A stretch of DNA of 64,000 nt from Bacilli bacterium (GCA_017541325.1 JAFXZI010000005.1:6074-70073); one strand, 5' to 3'. Numbered from the stretch's first letter, positions 1 through 9,696 are shown. Program-made: numbers and translations. Notes: a model not told the origin generated them from the sequence alone.

Positions 1-1
1 A

Positions 2-601
2 AGCAATCGTATACATATGTATGGAAAGGATGGTGTGCTGATCGTGGCGAAGAAAAACGTGACAGGTAGTATAAAGTCTACCGAAAGCTGGGTTCCAGTA
101 CAAAGTATAACTAATGGAATGATTGTTCTAGATAACAATCTAAAGGTTACTGGAGTAAAAATAACTCCAAGAAATATCTTTATCTTAGATGCTGATTCTC
201 AAATGGGAATTATCAATAACTTAAAGAATTTCTACAATCAAATTGATTATGAATTTTGGTTAGTAGTTGCTGATAGACCGGTAGATATATCTGTTTATAT
301 GTCTCAATTACAACTTCAATATAATCAAACACAATCACCTGCAGTAAGAAAACTTATTACAGAAGATATTCAAAAAGGTAATAGTTTCATGAATAATAAT
401 GTAGTTGATACAGAATATTATATTTTGTTTAAAGAAAATGATATGGATAAAATTCAAAAGAGAATCAGGGCTTTAATTAATGCTTTATCAGCATGTGGAC
501 TTACATCAAGTCAAACTACTAATGAAGATTTAAGAATCATTCTTGATAACTTCTTGAATGGTGGACAAACAACTGATTTCGGAACGGTGGTGGCACTATG
601 A
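2..601 (+). CDS. T4SS-associated soluble protein resembling the N-terminal domain that is fused to VirB4-type ATPases (ConE/Orf16 class) in other Gram-positive elements. The 5' end may lie outside the window.
   Basis: Frame is open from nt 2 to the first ATG at 17, and there is no RBS before 17. ATGA stop/start overlap with the downstream ATPase gene. Pattern IVLDNNLKVTGVKITPRNIFILDADSQMGIINNLKNFYNQIDYEFWLVV resembles the N-domain of Gram-positive VirB4 homologues (by eye). Confidence 0.5.
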   Translation, partial: SNRIHMYGKDGVLIVAKKNVTGSIKSTESWVPVQSITNGMIVLDNNLKVTGVKITPRNIFILDADSQMGIINNLKNFYNQIDYEFWLVVADRPVDISVYMSQLQLQYNQTQSPAVRKLITEDIQKGNSFMNNNVVDTEYYILFKENDMDKIQKRIRALINALSACGLTSSQTTNEDLRIILDNFLNGGQTTDFGTVVAL

Positions 602-2388
602 GTAACACATTTAAATCACAAATTGCACCAAAAAGTTTGGACTTTAATGCAAGCGATTTCTTTATAAGTGATAAATATGCAACAATATTAACAGTTGTAT
701 CTTATCCTAAGTTTATCGCACCAGGATATTTGTCAACGCTTACAAATATGTCTGGTATAAAGATTGTTATTAAGCATATTCCAGTACCATTTTCTACAAT
801 TTCAAAAATGTTAAATAAACAAATTGTTGATTTAAAAACAAAATATCAAGAAGAACATGATCGTACTCGTCAAGAAAGTATTAGATTAGACTATGAATCT
901 TTAGAGTATTTCGTATCTATGCTTGCTGGTAGTCAAGCCCGTATTTTTGACTTTCAAATGCATATTATGATTACTGCTGATACTAAAGAAGAACTAGAAC
1001 TTAGAAAAGTTAATGTTAAAAACTACTTAGAAGCAATGGAACTTCGTGCTGTAGCACTTAGATTTGAACAAGAGAAGGTTCTTAAATCTATGCTTCCAAT
1101 ATTCCCTAAACAAGATTTAGAGGATCGTGTAGGAACTCCAATTCCTTCAGTTACAATTGCTGCTATGTATCCATTTATCTTCGATAGTATTAAAGATCCT
1201 GGACTTTCTGCATTAATCGGAGTTGATTTCTCTGGAGGAGTAATCTTATTTAATCAATTCTTGTATAAAATTAAGAAAGAAAACAACCGTAATAATGCTA
1301 ACTTAATTCTATTAGGTACTTCTGGATCAGGTAAATCTACTGCTGCTAAGTTATTACTTCGTAATCATATCCGTAATGGTTGTCAAATTGTTGCAATTGA
1401 CCCAGAAAACGAATTAGAGGAAATGACTAAAGCCTTTGGTGGAGATACTATTGACTTAGGTAAAGGTGGAGAATTCGGTATGATTAACCCTTTACAAATA
1501 GTTATTGATGCTGATGAAGATGAAATTAAACAAGGTTTAGGATATACAGTTTTAACAAGAACTTTACAATTCTTAAAAGCATTTATGAAATATTATGATC
1601 CATCTATGGAAGAGGATACATTAACAATATTCTCTGAAATTGTACAAGATACATATCGTAGATTTGGAATAGATTTTGATAAAGATTTCTATCATTTTAC
1701 TGCTAATGATTTCCCAACTTTCTCTGATGTATATGCAACTGTAAAAAGTAGAATAGTTGCTATGCCAGAACATACTCATGAAAGAGAAACAATGGAAAAG
1801 TTAGAGTTAAAGATTAGACCTCTTACAAATGACTTGAAGTATTACTTTGATGGTAAGACTACTATTACTCATAATAGTGATTTCATTACATTTAATATTA
1901 AAGAGTTAATGAATGCAGAACAAAATATTAAGAATGCATTATTCTTCAATATCTTAAAGTATGCATGGGGACTATGTCTTGATAGAAACGTTGATACTGT
2001 AATGATGATTGATGAGGCACACGTATTATTAGGAGATCAAAATAGTTTAGGTGCTGACTTCTTAGCTCAAGTACAAAGACGTGCTCGTAAATATAATACT
2101 GGTACTATAATCATTACTCAACAACCATCAGACTTTGCTGCTCCAAACGTAATTATGCAAGGTAAAGCAATATTTGATAACGCTTCTTACTATTTAATCA
2201 TGGGGCTTAAGAAACAAGCTGCTGATGATTTAGGTAAATTGGTTGACTTAAATGATAACGAGAAAGAAAGTATCAAGCATTACAATCAAGGTGAAGCACT
2301 GTTTGTTTGTGGTAATAGACGTATGCGTATCAACGTAATAGTAACTCCAGAAGAGTTAGCTTCATTTGGTTCTGGTGGAGGACTATAG
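598..2388 (+). CDS. VirB4/TraE-family T4SS (conjugation-type) ATPase
   Basis: 595-aa ORF. Walker A is LLGTSGSGKSTAAK and Walker B is VMMIDEAHVLL. The N-terminal region APKSLDFNASDFFISDKYATILTVVSYPKFIAPGYL is typical of Gram-positive VirB4/TraE proteins. Translationally coupled to the upstream ORF. Confidence 0.85.
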   Translation: MSNTFKSQIAPKSLDFNASDFFISDKYATILTVVSYPKFIAPGYLSTLTNMSGIKIVIKHIPVPFSTISKMLNKQIVDLKTKYQEEHDRTRQESIRLDYESLEYFVSMLAGSQARIFDFQMHIMITADTKEELELRKVNVKNYLEAMELRAVALRFEQEKVLKSMLPIFPKQDLEDRVGTPIPSVTIAAMYPFIFDSIKDPGLSALIGVDFSGGVILFNQFLYKIKKENNRNNANLILLGTSGSGKSTAAKLLLRNHIRNGCQIVAIDPENELEEMTKAFGGDTIDLGKGGEFGMINPLQIVIDADEDEIKQGLGYTVLTRTLQFLKAFMKYYDPSMEEDTLTIFSEIVQDTYRRFGIDFDKDFYHFTANDFPTFSDVYATVKSRIVAMPEHTHERETMEKLELKIRPLTNDLKYYFDGKTTITHNSDFITFNIKELMNAEQNIKNALFFNILKYAWGLCLDRNVDTVMMIDEAHVLLGDQNSLGADFLAQVQRRARKYNTGTIIITQQPSDFAAPNVIMQGKAIFDNASYYLIMGLKKQAADDLGKLVDLNDNEKESIKHYNQGEALFVCGNRRMRINVIVTPEELASFGSGGGL

Positions 2389-2413
2389 AATCAAAAATAA
2401 TATAATAATAATT

Positions 2414-2447
2414 AGTGATTTTAAAGTTTTAAAATCACTTTTTTTTT
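2414..2447 (+). terminator. Rho-independent terminator after the ATPase gene
   Basis: Perfect 10-bp stem agtgatttta/taaaatcact, 6-nt loop, then T8. Confidence 0.7.
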
Positions 2448-2478
2448 GATATAATTTTATTAGAATAGAGGTGATAGT

Positions 2479-4665
2479 ATGGATGATGAAGAACTTGAAG
2501 AAGAACTTGAAGAGGAAGAGACCGAAGTAGATGAGGCTCAAGTTGAATACGAAGATCAAGAATATGGACTTCATGATGCAACTATTACTGAAACAGGAAC
2601 TGCCAAAGTTGAATCAGTTACTGTTGGTGGAAGTGTACTTATTGAAAAAGCATTTAAAAGCAAATGGTTTTATATAGGTGCAGCAACTTTTTTAGGATGT
2701 TTTTATGTTTTTGTTATTATAATAGCTTTTCTAGTAAAAACTACTGATGGTATGGAATATGCTATAGATAAAATGGATGAAAATGAAAAGTATACACAAA
2801 TATATAAAGCAGTAGAAGAAGTTGAAAAAAGTATACAGTCCGAATATGGAGTAAGTGTTAATAAATATCTAATTATATCTGCATTAACTGTATTTATGAA
2901 CAATCACTATTATCAAAACAATAGTAGTGGTGCTTTTAACTATGTAAATGTTGAATCTGACGATGGTACTAAATCTACAACAGTTATTAAGAATTTTGCA
3001 GAAATCTTAGCAAAATATCAAATTGTTAATAATTCATCATGTGATATGCCGAGTGATAATTATAGAGAAATTGCTAGTAATGATGATGATGGAATGACAT
3101 ATTTTACAACATCTGCATCTGCTAAGGAAAAAAATTATGACTGCAATGGTGAAGGTGGTTCTTATAAAGTATCATATAAACAAGGAGTTCTAGATGATGA
3201 AGAATCTGGAAGTGCTTTTTATTGGAATATGTTAGATGAGAATTTTTTCAACAATTATTATCCAGAATATTTTGGTAATTTAACTAAAAATGGAGATAAT
3301 CCTGATCAATATTACAAAGCAGCTGATGAAGTATTAGATTATATTTATTTATATGCAAGATATTTAAAAAGTTTGGATACAAGAGCTAATTCTTGTAATG
3401 AAAATAATTATGGAACTATATATAAAGAATGTAAAGGCGTTACTGTCCTTGCTAATTCATCAGGTCAATATGGTGGCACTTACTCTTTAGAAGATTATGT
3501 TGCTGGTGTTATTAATGCTGAAGCTCCTCCAACTTATATTAGTATAAATCTTCCTGGAGGACTAAAAGCAAATGAAGAAGTTGTTAAAGAAGCAACTAAA
3601 GCTTTTGCAATAGCTATTAGATCATATACTATTAATAGAACTAACGGTTGTCAAAATACAATTAGAAATAGTGATCAAGATCAAGTGTTTAAGCCAACTA
3701 ATGATCCTTTTATTACTTCTATTGTAAAAGAAACAGAAGGTTTAGTAATAACTAATAATGGAGAAATAATATCTGCTGAATATGATTCTTTCTGTGGAGG
3801 TAGTTCTTCTTGTAGAGCTAGCCATTGTAACAGTGAAAGAAACTGTAATTATCAAAAAATTCCATCAAGTGAGACTCATGAAGTAAGTATACCAACTTCA
3901 TGGCAAGGAATAGCTGGTGGACATGGTCGTGGAATGAGTCAATGGGCAAATGTATGGTATTCATATGATAAAAAGTGGAAATTCGAAGAAACTTTAAAAT
4001 TCTTTTATGCAGATACTATCGAAATAAAGAGACTTTCAAATACATCAGGAGAATCATCTAGTGGACTTACTTGTTCATCATCCGGTGGTGGTACTCAAGC
4101 AAAAGATTTTAATGCTTTAGGAGATAGAGCATATAACGGAGATAAAGCAGCACAACAAGAATGGATTGAAAAAGTAGGTAAAATAGTACAAAATGCACAA
4201 CATTCTAAATATGGTATTAAAAATTCTCTTATAATTGCTCAAATTATCCAAGAAAGTGGATGGATGCACACACCAAAGACTAAGAATTCAGATGGTAATA
4301 CTCTAACTAATTCATGTAATAATGTTTTAGGAATTAACTATGATATGGGTAAAAAAATTTCCGATCAAACATCTACTTGGTCAAAAAATCCTCAAAAATG
4401 TGCAAATAGTAGTGTTACTCAATGGGATTCTAATGGTAATGTAATTGGTACTGTTGAAGATATGAGAAAATATAATAGTCTTGAAGATTGTATTGAAGAC
4501 TATGCAAATCTTGTTTACTTATATCATCCTGAATGTAAGAATAATAATGACATAGAATGCTATAGATCTTTCTTACAAGGTTATACTCCAAACCCTAATA
4601 GAAGTACTTGTGATTTTTATAAGTCTGTTATAGAAATGTATAATCTAGATAGGTTTGATCAATAG
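2479..4665 (+). CDS. Membrane-anchored bifunctional peptidoglycan hydrolase: SpoIID-like domain plus C-terminal GH73 N-acetylglucosaminidase-like domain
   Basis: RBS agaggtga. Acidic N-terminus, then one TM (WFYIGAATFLGCFYVFVIIIAFLV). SpoIID-type motifs LEDYVAGVINAEAPP, ATKAFAIAIRSYT, SAEYDSFCGG and GHGRGMSQWANVW. GH73-type motif SLIIAQIIQESGWMH near the C-terminus. Confidence 0.8.
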   Translation: MDDEELEEELEEEETEVDEAQVEYEDQEYGLHDATITETGTAKVESVTVGGSVLIEKAFKSKWFYIGAATFLGCFYVFVIIIAFLVKTTDGMEYAIDKMDENEKYTQIYKAVEEVEKSIQSEYGVSVNKYLIISALTVFMNNHYYQNNSSGAFNYVNVESDDGTKSTTVIKNFAEILAKYQIVNNSSCDMPSDNYREIASNDDDGMTYFTTSASAKEKNYDCNGEGGSYKVSYKQGVLDDEESGSAFYWNMLDENFFNNYYPEYFGNLTKNGDNPDQYYKAADEVLDYIYLYARYLKSLDTRANSCNENNYGTIYKECKGVTVLANSSGQYGGTYSLEDYVAGVINAEAPPTYISINLPGGLKANEEVVKEATKAFAIAIRSYTINRTNGCQNTIRNSDQDQVFKPTNDPFITSIVKETEGLVITNNGEIISAEYDSFCGGSSSCRASHCNSERNCNYQKIPSSETHEVSIPTSWQGIAGGHGRGMSQWANVWYSYDKKWKFEETLKFFYADTIEIKRLSNTSGESSSGLTCSSSGGGTQAKDFNALGDRAYNGDKAAQQEWIEKVGKIVQNAQHSKYGIKNSLIIAQIIQESGWMHTPKTKNSDGNTLTNSCNNVLGINYDMGKKISDQTSTWSKNPQKCANSSVTQWDSNGNVIGTVEDMRKYNSLEDCIEDYANLVYLYHPECKNNNDIECYRSFLQGYTPNPNRSTCDFYKSVIEMYNLDRFDQ

Positions 4666-4674
4666 AGGTGCAAT

Positions 4675-5364
4675 ATGAAAAAGAGAAATATTATATTATT
4701 AGTAATTATTACTTTTCTTTTAACTGGATGCACATTTAATTATGATGCAAAGATAATGCTTGATGGTAGTGTAGAAGAAAATGTTAATGATAAAACTTAT
4801 GTAAAAGAAATATTTAATGTAGAGTCTATTGAAAAAGAAATATTAAAGAAAGCTACACTATCTTATTTAGACAATTTAGAAGTTAAAGCAGATAATATTG
4901 AATATAAAGATGATAGTGTAACAGCATCAGTTTATAATAGATATGAAGATATTAACAATTATGTTGATAAATCTAATGCAATTAAAATACTATTTGAGAA
5001 TGTAAATATTAAAAAAAATAAAAAGATAATAAGCTTAGAAACTGTTAAAAGTAAATATGATTACGGAATAGAAGATTATTATGGATCAACAATTTCTATA
5101 TCGCTTCCGTATAAAGTACTTAATCATAACGCAAATTATGTTGATGAAAACAATAATACTTATACTTGGAATATAGACGAAGGTTTTGATGGTATTTCTT
5201 TAGAATATAAAACAAGTAGTTTTTATACTTTAAATATTTTAAAACTATTTAATTATTTTACAATGAATACATTTATAACTGTCATTGGAATAATAATGAT
5301 AATAATATTTGCGATTTTTGTAATTATATATTATTATAGAGCGATAAAAGGTGTACGATTCTAA
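4675..5364 (+). CDS. Lipoprotein with C-terminal TM helix, function unknown (T4SS-linked by position)
   Basis: RBS agaggtg. Lipobox LLTGC at residues 15-19. C-terminal hydrophobic helix FITVIGIIMIIIFAIFVIIYYY. Confidence 0.7.
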   Translation: MKKRNIILLVIITFLLTGCTFNYDAKIMLDGSVEENVNDKTYVKEIFNVESIEKEILKKATLSYLDNLEVKADNIEYKDDSVTASVYNRYEDINNYVDKSNAIKILFENVNIKKNKKIISLETVKSKYDYGIEDYYGSTISISLPYKVLNHNANYVDENNNTYTWNIDEGFDGISLEYKTSSFYTLNILKLFNYFTMNTFITVIGIIMIIIFAIFVIIYYYRAIKGVRF

Positions 5365-5434
5365 TAATAATTAATTGTAAATTAACCTATTATTGTTTAT
5401 AATATATTTGATTACTCAGAAAGAAGGGGTCATC

Positions 5435-7861
5435 TTGAAATTAAAATTTAGAGCAGAACCACAAGACATTTTAATATTCATAGTATTTGCAATATTTTTA
5501 CTATTTATAATAGCGCTTGGAGTTTTAAATTTAACAAGTTTAGCCCAAGAAGGGACTTTTTTTGGTATAAATCCATTTCCTGCTTTTGCACCTGAACATA
5601 TAGTACCAACAATTACATTTTATATACTTGCTTTAATTGGTCTATTTATCAGTGTTAGTTCTTATTTTTTTGAAAGAGAAGATGGTTTTGGATTTTCTCT
5701 AAACAAAAAGGACAAAGGATATAGTAGATGGGCTAAAGAGAGAGAAATGAAATCTGTTTTATATGAAGTAGATCCTAAGGCCCCACATTCAGAACATGCT
5801 GGAATTCCTTTAATAAGTAAAAATGGAAGACTTTGGGTAGATGATGGTGAATATCATACATTAGTTATTGGTGCTACTGGATCAGGTAAAACAGTTAGTA
5901 CTATTTTCCCATCTATTAAAGTTTTAGCAAAAAAGGGAGAATCAATGATTCTTACTGACCCTAAGGGTGAGTTATATGAAAAAACTGGTGGACTTTTAAG
6001 AAAAAAAGGATATGATATCATTCTTTTAAATTTCCGTAGTCCTCAAAAAGGTAATGCATGGAATCCAATGTCACTTCCTTATAGATTATATAAAAGTGGA
6101 AATAAAGATAAAGCAATTGAGTTATTAGATGACTTAGCATTAAATATTCTATATGAAGAAAAAAGTGGAAATGCTGATCCGTTCTGGGAAAAAACAAGTG
6201 CAGACTATTTCTCTGGACTTGCACTTGGTTTATTTGAAGATGCTCCTGAAGAACAAATTAACTTAAATAGTATTAGTATGACTACTACTGTAGGAGAAGA
6301 AAAATGTGGTGGTTCTACATACGTAAAAGAATACTTTAATATGAAGGATCCTAATTCACCAGCATATATTAATGCTAGTGGTACTATTATGGCTCCATCT
6401 GATACTAAAGGATCAATTATTTCTGTATTTAAACAAAAAATTAAGTTATTCTCATCTCGTGAAAATTTATCTGAGATGTTAAGTTATAGTGATTTTGATA
6501 TTAATACAATTGGTGAAAGACCAACTGCTGTATTTATCATTATTCAAGATGAAAAGAAAACATACCATTCACTTGCTACTATATTTGTAAAACAATGTTA
6601 TGAAACATTAATTGATGTAGCTCAAGCACATGGTGGAAAACTTCCTTGTAGAACTAATTTCTTATTGGATGAGTTTGCTAACATGCCACCACTTAAAGAT
6701 GTTACTACAATGATTACAGCTGCACGTTCAAGACAAATTAGATTTACAATGATTATTCAAAACTTTGCCCAACTTACTCAAGTATATGGTAAAGAAAATG
6801 CTGAAACTATAAGAGGTAACTGTGGTAATACAATTTATTTAATTTCTACAGAGTTAGCGGCTCTTGAAGAAATTAGTAAATTATGTGGTGATGTTAAATC
6901 TAAGAAAGATGATAAAACTGCATCAACTCCATTAGTTACTGTTTCAGACTTACAAAGAATGAAACAATTTGACCAAATTGTTTTAAGACTTAGAATGCAA
7001 CCATTCAAGACATCATTCGTACCAGATTTTAAAATAGATTGGGGAGGAGAAACTTCTCCTAAAGTTGATTATCCAGAACGTGAAAAACGTCCAGTTCAAG
7101 TATTTGATGTACGTGAATTTGTTAAAAAGAAAAGACAAGAAAAAATTAAATCTATGATGATGGATGGAGAAGGAGATGGTCCTGCATCATCATTTGGTGG
7201 AGGCGCAACACCAAGTCCTTTTGGGCAAAATTCGTTTGGTGGACCTATGGAAAAACCATCACCATTTATTAAACCAGAACCACCAAAACCAACATCAGAA
7301 CCATTCGCTAAAAAAGAAGAAAAATCATCAGGTTCTCTTGATATTGATGAATTAGTTAAGAAAATTGATGCTAAGATTGCAGAAATTGAAAAAGAAGAAA
7401 AAGAAATGCAAAAACAAGAAAAACAAGCTTCTGTTCCTGTAAAAGAACCTGCTGTTAAAGAAACAACAATTAAAGAAACTATTAAAGAAGAACCTGTTAT
7501 TTCTAAACCGGTTGAAAAACAAAATACTTATCCTGAGATTTCTTCTAAGAGTATAGAGGATAAAGTCAATGAAATAATTAGAAATCAAGAGATTGCTAAC
7601 AATACAAATGGTACAAACAATAATAATGTAGTTAAAGTTGAACAACCAGCACCAGTTCCAGAAGAACCACCTAGACCGGTTGTTACACCAGAACCACAAA
7701 AACCTATAGTAGCTCAGGAACCAACAAAGCCAGTTGTAGTACCAGAATCACCTAAGAAGATAGTTGAACAAGAAATAACAACAAAGACAGAAAATAAACC
7801 AACTATATCATTAGATGATGTTAGTGAATCAGAATTCTTTGATGACTTCTTTGAAGAATAA
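5435..7861 (+). CDS. VirD4/TraG-family type IV coupling protein with about 250-aa low-complexity C-terminal tail
   Basis: Likely TTG start at 5435 behind RBS agaaagaagggg; the ORF-track start at 5393 lacks an RBS. Two N-terminal TM helices. Walker A is LVIGATGSGKTVS and Walker B is NFLLDEFANMPPL. RFTMIIQNFAQL is typical of the T4SS-DNA-transfer family. Confidence 0.85.
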   Translation: MKLKFRAEPQDILIFIVFAIFLLFIIALGVLNLTSLAQEGTFFGINPFPAFAPEHIVPTITFYILALIGLFISVSSYFFEREDGFGFSLNKKDKGYSRWAKEREMKSVLYEVDPKAPHSEHAGIPLISKNGRLWVDDGEYHTLVIGATGSGKTVSTIFPSIKVLAKKGESMILTDPKGELYEKTGGLLRKKGYDIILLNFRSPQKGNAWNPMSLPYRLYKSGNKDKAIELLDDLALNILYEEKSGNADPFWEKTSADYFSGLALGLFEDAPEEQINLNSISMTTTVGEEKCGGSTYVKEYFNMKDPNSPAYINASGTIMAPSDTKGSIISVFKQKIKLFSSRENLSEMLSYSDFDINTIGERPTAVFIIIQDEKKTYHSLATIFVKQCYETLIDVAQAHGGKLPCRTNFLLDEFANMPPLKDVTTMITAARSRQIRFTMIIQNFAQLTQVYGKENAETIRGNCGNTIYLISTELAALEEISKLCGDVKSKKDDKTASTPLVTVSDLQRMKQFDQIVLRLRMQPFKTSFVPDFKIDWGGETSPKVDYPEREKRPVQVFDVREFVKKKRQEKIKSMMMDGEGDGPASSFGGGATPSPFGQNSFGGPMEKPSPFIKPEPPKPTSEPFAKKEEKSSGSLDIDELVKKIDAKIAEIEKEEKEMQKQEKQASVPVKEPAVKETTIKETIKEEPVISKPVEKQNTYPEISSKSIEDKVNEIIRNQEIANNTNGTNNNNVVKVEQPAPVPEEPPRPVVTPEPQKPIVAQEPTKPVVVPESPKKIVEQEITTKTENKPTISLDDVSESEFFDDFFEE

Positions 7862-7885
7862 GAGCAATTTATTGCTCTTTTTTTG
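7861..7885 (+). terminator. Rho-independent terminator after the coupling protein gene
   Basis: agagca/tgctct stem directly after the stop codon, followed by T7. An extended -10-like tgtataat follows at about 7888-7895. Confidence 0.65.
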
Positions 7886-7925
7886 TTTGTATAATATAAT
7901 TAAAATGATAAGGGAAATGATAAAT

Positions 7926-8390
7926 ATGAACAAAGATTTTGGACATGATTTGATTATGAGATTGCTTATTAAAGTAGTTTTACCTACAGTATTAACAATG
8001 TTTTTCTTATATATTATGATTCAAGGAACAGAAAGCGAAAAAACTGAACCTAATATATATAATTTTAATCCTGAAGAAATAAGTAATAATATTACGGCAG
8101 TTGGTCTTGAAGAATTTAAAGCAAGTATAAATACTAAAAGTGATTCTATTTTCTTGTTTTGTAGTAATGAAGAAAGAAAATGTTATGAACAATTACAAGC
8201 ATTAAGTAGTCTTAATATTAATATTGAATATTTAAATGTTTTAGAACTTACTAATTCTGAAAAAGATGAATTAAAAAACTATGAAATGTTTAAAAACAAT
8301 TTGTTTCCAAAGTTAATTATTATAAAAAATGGATCTATAAAATATTATAGTGATTACTTAAATACTGAAGAATTAAGTAAAATAATATAG
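7926..8390 (+). CDS. Small membrane-anchored protein, unknown function (possible thioredoxin-like fold, weak)
   Basis: In-frame ATGs at 7905, 7917 and 7926. 7926 has the best RBS spacing (aggga at 7911). One TM (VVLPTVLTMFFLYIMI). The ORF-track start at 7815 overlaps the previous gene and its terminator, so it is rejected. Confidence 0.5.
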   Translation: MNKDFGHDLIMRLLIKVVLPTVLTMFFLYIMIQGTESEKTEPNIYNFNPEEISNNITAVGLEEFKASINTKSDSIFLFCSNEERKCYEQLQALSSLNINIEYLNVLELTNSEKDELKNYEMFKNNLFPKLIIIKNGSIKYYSDYLNTEELSKII

Positions 8391-8400
8391 AGGTGATATT

Positions 8401-9609
8401 ATGAAAAGAGCTATAGGCTTTACTATAATTTTTACATTACTATTGTTTATATATCAATTTGTAGTAGTATTCTTAGAAAATGGTCATGAAATTACATATA
8501 TATTAGAAACTAAGAATAATAAATATGAAGTAAAAGAATCGTATTTAAAACAAAAAGATATTGATGGATATTTTATTAATATAAAGAATGGTGATAAACA
8601 ATATAATTTCTTTGTTAAGAACCAATATAATAAACAAAAAAAGATTATAAAAGAAATAAAAGAGTATGAAAAAGATGGATATTTTTGTATCTATCCAGTT
8701 CCAATGAAAAAGGATACAAATATTGATATTGTATGTTCATATAAAAATAAATATTATAATGCTGCTTATGTAAAAACTAAGGTAAACATAGATAGTTTTA
8801 TAAAGGAATATGAGGATGTAAATAAATATAAAATACGTACTAAAAGTACTAATGAAGTATCTGATAATTTTTATGAAAGTAATATAGATAATAATGAATA
8901 TGTTGCACTTTATAAATATAATTCCTTTATTGTTTACCATAATAAGAATGTAAAAAGAGTATCTATGTACTTTAAAGATATTTATATTAATAATATAGGT
9001 GAATATTTAGATTTCTATTATTTGTCTCCAAATTCAGTAACTGATCAAACAGAAGAATATTTACTAGTTAATTTAAAAGATGCGACTAGTAGAATAATAT
9101 ATCTAGACAGAAAGTTCTCACCTAACAGTTATAATGTTGGAGTAGTAGATCATAAATTATATGTATTTGATATAGATAATAAAATAGAATATGAATTTGA
9201 TACTTATGGGAATTATAGTATTGTAGGAGATCCTAAAAAAGGATATAGATTCTATGAAAATAATAAATGGGAATCAGTTCCAGTAACTAAATTTACAGAA
9301 GAAAAAGCAGTATTTAAAAAAGATATAGAAGTTCCATTTAAATATGATGAAATATATGATGCTAATGAATTCTATTATGTAATTAAAGATAATAAATTAT
9401 ATAAAGTATATAAAAATGATTTAGAACATGAAATATATTTATATGATATTGGGAACCACTTTAATGTAAAAGTATATAAAAATAATTTATACTATATAAA
9501 AGATGGTTATGTATATAAATATAATAAGTATGGTAATAGAAAAATTGCTTATGATAATGAGTTAAAATATAATTATAATAAGATAATGTATTACGTCTAT
9601 ATAGAGTAG
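8401..9609 (+). CDS. Membrane-anchored Tyr/Asn/Lys-rich protein, unknown function, with an N-terminus resembling a degenerate prepilin leader
   Basis: RBS agaggtga. N-terminus is MKRAIGFTIIFTLLLFIYQFVVVFL; compare KGFTIIELL in the next gene. The rest is beta-rich with repeated YxYxKxG-type segments. Confidence 0.6.
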   Translation: MKRAIGFTIIFTLLLFIYQFVVVFLENGHEITYILETKNNKYEVKESYLKQKDIDGYFINIKNGDKQYNFFVKNQYNKQKKIIKEIKEYEKDGYFCIYPVPMKKDTNIDIVCSYKNKYYNAAYVKTKVNIDSFIKEYEDVNKYKIRTKSTNEVSDNFYESNIDNNEYVALYKYNSFIVYHNKNVKRVSMYFKDIYINNIGEYLDFYYLSPNSVTDQTEEYLLVNLKDATSRIIYLDRKFSPNSYNVGVVDHKLYVFDIDNKIEYEFDTYGNYSIVGDPKKGYRFYENNKWESVPVTKFTEEKAVFKKDIEVPFKYDEIYDANEFYYVIKDNKLYKVYKNDLEHEIYLYDIGNHFNVKVYKNNLYYIKDGYVYKYNKYGNRKIAYDNELKYNYNKIMYYVYIE

Positions 9610-9611
9610 TG

Positions 9612-9642
9612 AAAAAAAGAAGAATTTTTTCTTCTTTTTTTT
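9612..9642 (+). terminator. Rho-independent terminator
   Basis: aagaagaa/ttcttctt stem with a tttt loop, followed by a T-run. Confidence 0.7.
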
Positions 9643-9696
9643 ATATTAAAATGATATAATAAAATAGATTGAAAATAGGAAAAATATGGTGATGCT

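Noticed and set aside
7164-7699. Alternative-frame ORFs (7164..7355 +, His-rich; 7352..7699 -) in the coupling protein tail
   Set aside because: They arise from the low-complexity repeat-rich tail region. No RBS, fully overlapped by the T4CP frame.
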